Source: the human T2T-CHM13v2.0 reference genome, Homo sapiens
Direction: 5' to 3' (one strand)
Assembly: GCF_009914755.1 (NCBI RefSeq)
Contig: NC_060938.1
Length of the DNA: 64,000 bases
Made by a program: the position numbers and the translations under genes. Positions within the stretch are counted from its first letter, which is position 1, and each line of letters starts with the position of its first letter. The notes below the pieces were generated by a model. It was not told the origin of the DNA. It ran no database searches and saw only the letters and a program-made list of their open reading frames with translations. Shown here in pieces: positions 41,495-53,868 of this stretch.

Positions 41495-41680
41495 TAAAAT
41501 AGCTATAACTATTGTTTGTGGTTTCACCTCTGTGCCAAGCATTTTGTTTGATAAATGCACAGACAATTACAAACATATACAACTCTCCTCAATGACATTA
41601 CCAGGTAGGCATTAGGCTCATAGTTTTGAACGTAGGGAAACGAAGACTTAGCCAGAAAAATGGTGGAATCTAAGCATAGG
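41495..41680 (-). mobile_element. MIR, truncated at the duplicated patch
   Basis: CTCTGTGCCAAGCATTTTG..CCAGGTAGGCATTA..GGGAAACGAAGACTTAG. Confidence 0.55.
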
Positions 41681-41799
41681 AGTTAGGTTTTCCCTGACAA
41701 ATGAGTTATTCTGCACAATGTGAAATTAGTCATTAATGCTTTCTGGTTGGAGACACTTTGGTGTCAACTTAAAATGTCATCATTATCCAAATCTTATTT
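41681..41799 (+). repeat. Copy A of a 119-bp direct duplication (partner 45582-45700)
   Basis: 3 mismatches in 119 bp by hand alignment. Confidence 0.97.
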
Positions 41800-42232
41800 G
41801 TGAATAGTGCTGCAATGAATATATAAGTGCATGTATCTTTATAATAGAATGATTTATATTCTTTTGGGTATATATCCAGTAATGGGATTGCTGGGTCAAA
41901 TGGTATTTCTGCCTTTAGGTATTTGAGAAATCACCCACTGTCTCCTACAATGATTGAACTAATCTACACTCCTACCAACAATGTAAAAGTTTTCTTTTTT
42001 CTTCACAACCTCATCAGTATCTGTTGTTTTTTAACTTTTTAATAATAGCTATTCTGGGTGGCATGAGATGGCATTTCATTGTGGTTTTGATTTGCATTTC
42101 TGTAATGGTCAGTGATGTTGAGCTTTTTTTCATATGTTTGTTGGCCACATGTATGTCTTCTTTTGAGAAGTGTCTGTTGATGTCCTTTGCCCACTTTTTA
42201 ATGGGGTTGTGTTTTTGCAAATTTGTTTAAGT
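41800..42232 (-). mobile_element. L1 (older L1PA/L1PB) ORF2 3' fragment lacking 3'UTR and poly(A)
   Basis: ORF 42014-42220 ([26 protein letters not shown]) is L1 ORF2p C-terminal sequence. Confidence 0.93.
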
Positions 42233-42649
42233 TGAAGGCTTTAAAAAAACCTTTTATTTTATTTTGTCATTGCACTATCTTTATTATTTTAGTCTATTAG
42301 TTAAAAACTTTTTGTTGCAAATAAGAGAATGACAAACTATTGATTTAAATAAACAATAAGGGCATGTAACTGTCTTGCATGACAAGAAAGTGGAGGTACA
42401 TGTCCCCAGGATGGGCTCAGGATACAGGGAAGTCATCGAAGACCCCATCAGCTTATGTTCATCTACCTTGCTATTCTCTGTGTGTGTTCTTCTCAATCTC
42501 AGAAACTGGACAAGTATGAATGGAACCTAGTATACACAAGGCAGTCAATACACTTAAGTATTTTGGAATTATATAAAATCTGAATGAAAAAAGACAACTA
42601 AGTAAGAATTTAGTGGGAAATGTACAAACAAGTATTAAGTCTGGTCTCT

Positions 42650-42790
42650 TCTCTAGCATAAATCAGCAATGTGACTTGGAGAAAGTCATTTAACCCTTCT
42701 AAGCCTCTATCTCCTCTGTAAAATGAGTATAAATGTTCTTAAATAATCATTAAATGCATTTGACACCGTTACATTGCAAACATTTAGTAA
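42650..42790 (+). mobile_element. MIR
   Basis: GTGACTTGGAGAAAGTCATTTAACCCTTCTAAGCCTC..CTGTAAAATGAG. Confidence 0.7.
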
Positions 42791-43365
42791 ACGAATAAAC
42801 TAAAAGCATAATGAATGTGTGAAGAAATATGTAGAAATATACGCTTAAATATAATTAGACAGCTCTTAGCTTAGAAAGTTTAAATTGATGGCATTTCAAC
42901 AGAGAAAAGGTAGGATTTGCCTAATGCAATCATGGATATTTGGCCTTCCTGTATGCTGATGAGACTTGGCTGATTCAGGCATGCCTATGTGTGAATAAGC
43001 CTTACTGTTGAATCTGTCTCCAGCTCACCTAAATCTGTCTGAAAGGTAGATAGAGCCAGACAGCTGAGTCACTCTCTAACAATTGCCAACTTGTGATAGC
43101 TTTCCAAAGCCAGACAATCTCCCTGCTTGGTCAGCCTTCTTTTTTTTCCAAAGATTATCATATAGTATATGTATTATTTTCCATGTATTGTGTCATAAAA
43201 CACTGATTCCAAATGCTGGGAAGGTGAATGATTTCTTGGAGAAGGTAACTTTAAGGTTGAGGCTGGAACAAAGACCCAGTTATTCGATAGAGGAGATGGA
43301 AAGTACAGGAGACCAAAAAACTCAACAACAACCACGAAAGTTTACAGTCAATGCTGGGTTTCTTG

Positions 43366-44375
43366 TGTGAAATTATGATCATATATGTACATATAGGTTT
43401 TTATTCACAGTTCCTAGCTCATAACTCCCATTTATCATTTTCCATTCTTACGGTCTTGTTACAAAATTGGGGGCACTTTAGGTTTTAGAAGCACAATGTT
43501 TCTCTCTGACGTTCTCTTGTCCTCCTTTCATCTGCCCAAGGCATGATTCTCATCTGACTGTGGATCATAAGACCCTCATCCCAGAGAGGGTCCTGCCGCA
43601 TATTCTGGGGGAGGGAACACTGCACAGAGAGGCCAAGAAGAATCTGAACAGACAGGTCTTGCTGGATTTAGATCCTATCCTTTGTGTCCAGTTACATTTC
43701 CACATGATCATTCATGCTTCAGTGATACACAACCAGCGAAGTCTCCATAAAAGGTCCAAAGAACAGGGTTCAGGGAGCTTCTGGAGAGCTGAACACATGG
43801 CGGCCGGCCCAAAGAACAGGGTTCGGGGAGCTTCTGGAGAGCTGAACACATGGCGGCCATCAGGAAGGTGAAGAACTCATCCGCGTGCCCGGAGGGTGGC
43901 ACGCCCCAAGTCCACGGGGAAAGAAGCTCCTGCGCTTGGGACCCTTCCAGTCCTCGCCATGTGTATCTCTTCATCTAGCTGTTTATTTGTATCCTTTAAA
44001 ATAACCTTTGTAATAATGGGTAAACGTAAGGAAGTGTTTCCCTGAATTCTGAGAGCTGCTCTAGCCAATTAACTGAACTCAAAGAAGGGGTCGTGGGAAC
44101 CCCAACTGGAAGCCAGTTGGTCAGGATTTCTGGAGACCGGGACTGGTGTCTGAGAAGAAGGAGGAGGGCGGTCTTGTGGGACTGAGTCCTCAATCTGTGG
44201 GATCTGGCACCATCTCTGGGTAGATAGTATCGGAACTGAATTGGAGGACCCGCTGCTTGGTGTGTGGGGAGAAACCCCCACACATTTGGTCACAGAAGGC
44301 TTCTGTGTTGATGATTGTTTTGGTGGTGTGAGAGCAGAGGAAAAACATAGTGTGAGACAGTTTTTCCCTGAAACA
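43366..44375 (+). mobile_element. MER21A-like solo LTR with an internal 53-bp tandem duplication
   Basis: TG...CA termini, TSD-like CTTG/GTTG; GGGGTCGTGGGAACCCCAAC, GACTGAGTCCTCAATCTGTGGGATCTG and CCCCCACACATTTGGTCACAGAAG are MER21 hallmarks. Confidence 0.88.
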
Positions 44376-44745
44376 GTTGTCATTTAACTGTGAGCCAAAG
44401 AGAAAAACAGACTCCACCGTGAGAGACCAAGCCATGCATAGCCAGAATCACACTAGCATTTGCCCTGATTTTCTCACACACAGTTTCTCTCCCTATGGCC
44501 TACTCATCTTTTCTTGGAGACAAATGTAGGTTCACTTTCCCCAGGGCCTGACCATAAAACCCAGCTGCTAGAAATGTGCTGGCTGATTTTTTTCTAGCAT
44601 TACTTGTCTGCTACTTACTTGGGTCTGTCAGATCTGGAATAAGAAAGAAAAATAGAGGACCCATATTTTGAAGATCCGGGCTGTGAGAATTGTTAAAAAC
44701 CAGCAACCAATAATACTGGTCAAGCCACGGATTTGTATGAGTTAG

Positions 44746-45121
<376 letters not shown>

Positions 45122-45581
45122 TTTAGGACTTATGAAAATATAGTCGGCCAAGGACTTCCTATAGGTAACAATTAATGTTTTATCTAATCTACCTGAAGAT
45201 CTAGTGGCTGTAAGGTACCATTAAGGCCTGTAGATTATTTAGTTTATCCAGATCATAATAGTACTTAAAAATAGAATCACTATCCATATTAAATAAAATA
45301 AAATGATAGTTCCATCTGAGGTTTTATAAAAAACATGTGGGATGGTGGAAATTGTTTTAAAGATTGGCAGACTGTAAAAGGAAAGTGGAAGTTTTCTCAA
45401 GTGCATTGCTCTAAGGGTTAACCATAATTCAGTATTTACTTGCGCACTTGCAGAAAATTAGCTCACTGTTTGTTTTATGTGATGAGTTGTTAATATTACA
45501 TATTATATCAAACTGACATCATAACTAAACAGAGACGCTGGGCAGTTATCATAAAAAGAACAATGAGAATCTAAGTATACA

Positions 45582-45700
45582 AGTTAGGTTTTCCCTGACA
45601 AGTGAGTTATTCTGCACAATGTGAAATTAGTCATTACTGCTTTCTGGTTGGAGACACTTTGGTGTCAATTTAAAATGTCATCATTATCCAAATCTTATTT
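45582..45700 (+). repeat. Copy B (likely source) of the 119-bp duplication (partner 41681-41799)
   Basis: AGTTAGGTTTTCCCTGACAA...TTATCCAAATCTTATTT in unique-looking context. Confidence 0.97.
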
Positions 45701-46223
45701 ATTATAATTGTGGGTGAGATTCAGTTTGTTGCAATGAGAGCCTATTACATCGTTCTGTTATTTTTAAAACCTTAGGAATTTCACACTTCCCCAAGTGAAG
45801 GACTGATGTGTGGTGCTAGAACCATTCCTCTGATGGCAAAGCCATTCCAGCAACATTCTTGACATGCTTGAGGCTGATGGCATGCCCAGACAAATGTTCC
45901 ACTGTTCCCTATTTATTCCATTTCTGAAACTCTTATTTCCTGGCGTCAAGTAGTAATCAAGCTCCCCACCAGCCCTGTGAGAAATAAAATAAAACCAATG
46001 GAAAACTCCACAGAAATATCTGTTAATACAGGACTGGAGAAAGAAAGCATATTAATGAGTGGAACTCCAAACAGGAGCCAAAGTCATTCATTTAAAGTGG
46101 GAATCAGATGACCTCTTTAAACCTTCCAATGGGGAGGGAGGGCAGGGAGTGGAATTTGACTTAGGCTTTATACAAAGAACTTCAAATTCAGACATGAAGA
46201 TATCCCCAAATGATGTTCTACCT

Positions 46224-46611
46224 TGTTATGGACTCTATGGTGCCCCCCAATATTCATATGTTGAACCCCTAAGGCCCAATGTGACTATATTTGGAGATAA
46301 GGTCTAAAAGAAGATAATTTAGGTCAAATGAGGTCATAAAGATAGGGCCTTAATCCAATAGAACTTATGTTAATATTAACATAAGAAGAGGAGGAGACAC
46401 TAGGAATGCACTCACACAGAGGAAAGCTTGTGTAAAGACAGTGGGAAGGTGGTCATTTGCAAACCCGGAAGAGTGGCCTCACTAGAAACCAATGCTGCTG
46501 CCACCTTGATCTTGGACTTCCAGACTCCAGAACTGTGAGAAAATAAATTTCTGTTGCTTAAGCCATACAGTCTGTGGTATTCTCTTGTGGTAACCAGAGC
46601 ACACTAACACA
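46224..46611 (+). mobile_element. MLT1A/B-like (MaLR) solo LTR
   Basis: TGTTATGGAC..CACCTTGATCTTGGACTTCCAG..GAACTGTGAGAAAATAAATTTCTGTTG..CTAACACA; TSD TACCT/TAGCT. Confidence 0.88.
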
Positions 46612-46646
46612 TAGCTGGGGTCACAGAAGATGACTTGACATACTAA

Positions 46647-46970
<324 letters not shown>

Positions 46971-47029
46971 AATGTTTATCATTTTTTAAATGCTTGTTCT
47001 TTTATGAAACCACATTGCTCAATGCCAAT

Positions 47030-47195
47030 AATAACAATAATCGCAATTTATTGAAGTTTTGATGAGCACTGTTCTAGGTATTTTAATTTCTTAAAGTAAG
47101 TCATATTATTACCTCTATTTTACATGTAAGAAAAGGAATCAGGGACAGTTTAAGTAACTGATCCCAAATGCCCAAAGTGTTATAACTAGCAAAGT
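47030..47195 (-). mobile_element. MIR
   Basis: ATTATTACCTCTATTTTACATG..GTTAAGTAACT. Confidence 0.6.
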
Positions 47196-47954
47196 GAGCT
47201 ACAAAATAACATCTTTCTAAATCCCGTTACCATCAAGGGAAAAATACAAGCAAATCACTGCACATGTGTGTGCTTAAAAGTATTTCTTTAACAAGTGTGG
47301 AAATTTTAAATTTTTCACAATTTAATAAAAGCTTTTTGGCATTATATATTTTTTAATACATTAGAAGTCTCAGAAAAGGAAACAAAAGGGGCATTTTTAG
47401 GAAGATCATTATACTGAGTTGTATTCATTAAATACATACATCTAAACATGGGGAAAATCATTTGTATTTGAAAACAATTGTAGGATTACATAGTTAAAGG
47501 ATTATTTTTTGGTAAATCTTTAATAAAGAATTTAATCACTTTTTCATTTATTTGCTGATTTTTATATATCTCTGCTTTAAAGTTGAGTGCAAAATATTTC
47601 TTTTGAATCTGACGAGGGGCTTAAAGAGCAACAGATTTTCAGGAGGTAGGAAAGCTACCATAATCTTATTTTTAACTTGTCAGTAAGTAAAAATCTAACG
47701 AATGTTGATCTTTCTCTGACAACAGTTGCTTGGAAAGTTGCATCTGTTTGATTAATATTTAAACACTAAGGTTTCCAAAGCAAATTTACAAGCTGAAATT
47801 ACTAGAGCTACAATAAGTACTGAAACATGTTACTACTTTATTTTCTACATGAGCTAAAAAGAACAGCCATTAGGAATAAGCAAGAGCAGGAAGGAGGAAT
47901 TTTGTTTTCAGTTTGTTTTCTTCATTGGCCATTAGAAATGTATAGCCTAGAAGA

Positions 47955-48205
47955 TAAAAGTGTGGTGGTATTGTTTATTTGTTTTGGAGTTAGACTGTCT
48001 GGATTTCAATGCTGGGTTCCACCTCTTCCTGGCTGAGTGACATTGGGCAAGTTACTTCCTCTTCCAGTGTCTCAGTTTCCTCATCTGTGAAATGGGATAA
48101 TAACAGTATTTCTCAGGAGTTTTTAGACACCATCAATGAGTTACAACATATAATGCAAAGAACAGTGCCTGGCACACAGTGTTCCATACATGCTAGCAAT
48201 TAATA
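47955..48205 (+). mobile_element. MIR, near full length
   Basis: TTTTGGAGTTAGACTG..TGACATTGGGCAAGTTACTT..CTCAGTTTCCTCATCTGTGAAATGGG..AGTGCCTGGCACACAGT. Confidence 0.85.
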
Positions 48206-48330
48206 TTCCCAATAAATATAGTAGTTAAATAAAGTCATGGTTCTATAATATTCACCCATTCACTCAACAAATATTCATTCATTCAACAGACATTTATTAA
48301 GTTTATGCCATGCCAAGGAACTGGTCATAA

Positions 48331-48653
<323 letters not shown>

Positions 48654-49019
48654 AATATTTAAATAATTCATAAGATCTGTGGTCCAGAAGCTAGCATTCT
48701 AGTAGAGCAAACAGACATATAAATGGTTGATAGGTGCTGACTATTGAGCCATCTAATGGAAACACAGAACTGGGAAGTTGAAATAAATTTGGGGAAAACA
48801 TTTTGGAAGGCATATTGCTGGAGCTGAGTTTTGCAACTTTGATGACTCAGAGTTAGAAGAGGAAACAGAGGCAGTCATGTCTAGCAGAGGACACAGCATA
48901 GAGAAGACATAATAGCCTGAGGAGTTTGGGAAACAAAATATAGCTGTGATTACCTTATGAAGTGTGCTTAAGGAGTCTGTGAGTAAATCAAGCTAAAATG
49001 GATCCCATAACTTCTCACA

Positions 49020-50100
49020 ATTCCTGTTTTCCGTAGCACTGTGGTGGTCCCTTTCTTCTGGGATCAATGATTTAATTCCGACTGAAGGCAAGAAAAAACC
49101 ATAAGACTTTCGCCCAGTTGTCCGCATTGGGTCAACATTTCAATAAATAACCCGGTCACAGCCATCTTGGTCTAAGGGCTATGATTAATTAGACGTCATC
49201 CAAAATACACTAATATTGGCTAATTTTACCTGCAGGTGAAAATATGTTAATATGCGGCTCAAAGATGGCAAGACAAGTGTTAGTCCAGAAAGTATTACAA
49301 TATATTTAAAATTTTAAAGCTCAATATTAAATAGTCCTATAAATTGCAATAAAACATCACATCTGATTTAAACATACATATTTTCTAAATTATGGAGATG
49401 AGAAATTGCATACTAGGTGTAAAAGCAGCTGCAATTAATGACTGCTATTTATGACCCAGGGTATTCTTTTGATGCATACAGGTTATTGAGCTCATGGTAC
49501 ACAAAAGCCTAAAAACTGCAGGAAGATTTGAGATGAGAAATATTTAATCATGCCAGTTTTATTGTAGGTCATCAAGGCCATCTCTTCAGGTGGGCCTAAA
49601 TCAACAACACTAAAATGAGTAATTTACTCAGCTCTGACTTGAAGCCGGCTGACTGTTTTATGCCTAAGGAAAAATAACTTGGGCCTTTGTAACTCTTTAG
49701 CCTGGTTGCTTGTAATGCTCATTGATCTGACGACAAACGATGCATAAATCTGTTCTTTAGCAACAGATGCAACAAAGGTGTCGATTAAAAATGACCAAGC
49801 AGAAATTGGAACATGATTACCAAATCCATAGAGCCCAACACCTTTCATTGACTTACACATAATTACTTCATTGAGAAGAATGAACTCAATGAAAAACTCT
49901 TTCAAAAATTGAATTGTAAGGGACATTTTATGAGATATTTGTGAGACTATTTTTTTCTGAGACAAAAAGATAAGTTTCTAACAACCCTGAGGATTCAACT
50001 CATGCCCCTTCTAATTTTTCTTTCTTTCCTTAATGAACAAGATGATAGAGTCAAATTTCATTTGCCCAGTGCTGTACACTAAATTGGTTTCCATCTAATG
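49020..50100. promoter_or_regulatory. Putative conserved non-coding or enhancer-like element
   Basis: Repeat-free, local CpG retention, clustered TAAT/TGATTAAT, YY1-like and CRE-like motifs; conservation not verifiable here. Confidence 0.35.
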
Positions 50101-50199
50101 CTCCTTAAATGTTAGAGGAGCTCAATTGAACAGAACAAGCTTGCATTCTTATGAAGGATATCGAACACATTCATCACACTATTCAAGAACAAAGAGTTA

Positions 50200-50382
50200 C
50201 AGCAGATTAGATCTGTCAGATGAGTTATATAGTCAATAATTGTTTTCTAGATATCATCGAAGAATAAAGGATTCTCCTCTTTTACAAAAGAGGAAGCTGA
50301 GGCAGAAAGCAGTTCAGCGGTTACACCACTTGCTCAGAGTCAAAGTCATTAGTAAGTGCCAAATCCCCCATTCAATCCCCAA
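50200..50382 (-). mobile_element. MIR
   Basis: TTTTACAAAAGAGGAAGCTGAGGCAGAAAG..CTTGCTCAGAGTCA..AGTAAGTG. Confidence 0.65.
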
Positions 50383-50386
50383 GAAT

Positions 50387-50780
50387 TGTCATTAGTGCAG
50401 TTTACCAAATATTTATGGATCTCTGCTTCCAGGCACATGGTATGGTTGCACTTCCTCTCTCCCCTGTGATTGGGAGGGACCGTGGGTCTAGCAGTAGCCA
50501 ATCAGTTCCAAGCACAGTGACATGTGCACCTTTCTGGATAAAGCATGTAAGTGCTACTGCAAGACTCTCCAGAGCTCTTTCCTTCTGCCCCTGCAATTGG
50601 CAAGTTTCCAGCTTGTGGCTTCTCTGAAAGCCAGAGTGCCAGAGTGAAATGAAGCAGAACAGTCTCTAGCCAGGCCGTGATGCACCATTAGAACACTGGA
50701 AAAACCTTTGTTGTTTATAGCATCTGGGACTGGGGGCTTGTTGGCTTCCACAGCACAGCCTCACCTACTCTGAGAAATGA
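50387..50780 (+). mobile_element. MLT1J-like (MaLR) LTR
   Basis: CTTCCAGGCACATGGTA..TTGCACTTCC..GCCAATCAG..GTGACATGTG..CTCTCCAGAGCTCTTTCC..AAACCTTTGTTGTTT. Confidence 0.75.
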
Positions 50781-51506
50781 GAACCACAAAGTCTACTCCA
50801 CCCCACAGTGGAGCACAGATACAACTTTATAAGAGAGCTGAGACAAGATATGGGCCTTCAAGAATGGGATAATTGGGACTAGAGAAGAGCGATTTGAAAT
50901 TCTACACATAAACCAAGTGTAGAAACTAAATGCACTTGATATTTTGGGAGGATCAAGAAGAAACTGTCTTAAGAGTTCAAGGGAAGCATCAGGAAGTAAC
51001 TGGAACTTAGGAAATAATGATCTATGGTGTGGAAACAGGGAAATGAGAACTTAGTTGAAATATCTCTTCTCTATACAAAAGGGGCCGCTTGCAGATAACT
51101 GTGTATTTTTATAACCATAATAAAATTATTGGAAATGTTATATAATTCTAGTAACTCCCCAAAGCCCAGGATGAGAAGATATTGTTACAATCTCTTATCT
51201 AATTATTTACATGTGTTTCTGAAATACCATTTTTGAAAATAAACCAAATATATGTGCTGTATTAGGAGCCCTCATTGGACTACAAACCCTCTGAAGGATT
51301 ATTTGGATGGGATAACACTAGCTTAAAAAAAAACAAAAAAAGAATCTCATTCTAACATGTATCCAACAAAAGGTCTCAAAGTGGAACCCTCACAGCATTT
51401 GTGTTAAACTTTCCACACCCGTTCAGGGGCCTGAATGTCTTTGCACTGGCTGCTGGGAACAAATGAAGAGGCATATGCCTGGAATTGATGACCAAACCAC
51501 TGGTAA

Positions 51507-51916
<410 letters not shown>

Positions 51917-52119
51917 CTGATCCAGTTTTTAGACAGTATGAAAATGAATACGGCAAATGTGGCCAGAGAGGGAAACAATTAAAAATAGAAATGGCTTCAC
52001 CAACTTGCCTGGTGAATGCTGCGTGTTAGCAGAGGGGAAGGATTAGACTCTTGCTCTTCTTGTAACCAGTTCTATCTTGCTCTAACTACAGTGAAGCTGA
52101 TTCTTATTCTGGCAAAAGC

Positions 52120-52405
52120 TGAAGGTACCCCTTTTACAGTGAAATCTTCCCCTGTAGCTCTAGGATGAGTTGAGTCCCCTTGACTGGGGCTGCTATTAAA
52201 CCCTATACATTGTACTGTCAGTGTGTTTGGCATATTGCTTTGTAATTTCTGCTTACGCCTGAGTTGGACTCTTCCACAAGACTGAGACTTCTGAGGACAG
52301 AGATCACTTAATGTTCACTATTTATGTCCCCAGCACCCAAGACAGAGGCAGACACAAAGTATCTCGAAGCAAGTTTTTTAAATAAAAAGAATGAAAGAAT
52401 AAATA
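52120..52405 (+). mobile_element. L2 3' end
   Basis: AGACTGAGACTTCTGAGGACAGAGATCAC..GTCCCCAGCACCCAAGACAGAGGC. Confidence 0.6.
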
Positions 52406-52617
52406 AATTATTTGAAGCTAAATGAGACATCTGTTGAGAAGGTAACACAACCTCCATTGTTTTACAAACATATGTCAGTAGATGACCCATCACTTTGCAG
52501 CGTGAGATTGTTGCAAATGTCCAGCTTAGTAGTATCAGATTCAGTTTCAGATATTATATTTTGAGCTATGTACATGTCACTTGCCCCCTGTTCATCTCAT
52601 TTAATAGCAGGATATTA

Positions 52618-52745
52618 TTAGATTGGTGCAAAAGTAATCACAGTGTTTGCCATTACTTTTAGTGGCAAAACCATTAAGTGAATACAAATGTATTCAAATC
52701 ATTACTTTTAATGGCAAAAACCACAATTACTTTTGTGCCAACTTA
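52618..52745. mobile_element. MADE1 (Hsmar1-derived MITE), internally expanded
   Basis: TTAGATTGGTGCAAAAGTAAT... / ...ATTACTTTTGTGCCAACTTA inverted termini. Confidence 0.92.
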
Positions 52746-53029
52746 CCATCTTTGCTTTCCATATGAAAAACTAAAGCTCAGAGTTTTTATGTGCCATAAG
52801 AGAAACAATTTTTTGGGAGGCAAGAAAGTATGCTTTCTTATTGGGTGCATTTATTATAATATTAGTAAGTCTGAGGATTCTGAAGCCTGAGTAATATTGC
52901 TCTAGTGCTTGTAATTTCAAATTATTCAAAATAACATTATTCACATGAACTGCTACAGCAAACATATTCTCATGATGGAAAGATCTAAAGTGGAATTTTG
53001 TGCTAGTGTGTACTATTGTATCTAAGAGA

Positions 53030-53240
53030 AAAAATTGGAAAATAGACTATGTGAATTCAAATCCCAGTTCTACGCTACCTATAACAAGATCTCTATGACT
53101 CAATTGTTCTTGTTTGTAACACTAGGATAATATTACTTACCTCATATGCTTGTTGGAAGGATCAAATAATTGAATAGCTAGAAAGTGCTTAGAACAATGG
53201 TTGCACATAGACAATGTTTAATAGATAGTAGCTATTGTTG
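53030..53240 (+). mobile_element. MIR
   Basis: TTCAAATCCCAGTTCTAC..GGATAATATTACTTACCTCATA..AAAGTGCTTAGAACA. Confidence 0.75.
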
Positions 53241-53384
53241 GCATCCTCGTTGGAAACATTTGAGTTGACTTTTAAGCCATTATCTCTTTGAGAAGAAACA
53301 TTTTATTTTTCTGCATTTTATTATTATAAGATTAGAGACTGTGACTTTAGCATAGAAGACCCTTTGTGATCTAAAAGGCCCTGC

Positions 53385-53868
53385 AAGAACTGGCACTTTT
53401 TTACCTGGTCTCTGAGCCCTACCCACCTTGCACCTGCTCTTCAGCTATATTAAAATGTCCACATGCCCTAAAAGGGAGATTTCTAGGGTCTCCACCCTTT
53501 GTACAGTGGCTCATTCTGCATAGGACACAGTCTCCCTTCACTTGTCATTCTTTTGCTTGGAAAATTCCTCCCACTACTTTAGGGTTCAAGTAAAAGATCA
53601 TCCTCTCTGAGAAGATTCCCATGCACTCCGTTGCAACCAAACCTTTCTCAGAGTCCCATCTAAGTATTCCTATAGCCCTTGTACCTACTCCTGTGACCAC
53701 CTTTGTTACCTGCTCTGAGTCTGCCGCTGTGTCTGATGCCTCCCCTGCTGGACAACAAACTACCCACACACAGGCAGGAGCTGAGTCTTTTACCTTTTTA
53801 TTTGTCACATCTGGCACCATATCTGGAACATCAGAGCCTTTGGTAAATCAGTGTTGAATGAATAAATG
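53385..53868 (+). mobile_element. L2 3' portion
   Basis: Pyrimidine-rich body ending CTGGCACCATATCTGGAACATC..GTTGAATGAATAAATG. Confidence 0.65.

Noticed and set aside
43560-44435. Cluster of ORFs of 60-105 aa
   Set aside because: All lie inside the GC-richer MER21 LTR, with no gag/pol/env similarity.
49624-49965. 113-aa minus-strand ORF in non-repeat sequence
   Set aside because: Non-ATG start, no recognisable domain and no supporting exon structure. PhyloCSF or Ribo-seq would be needed to revive it.
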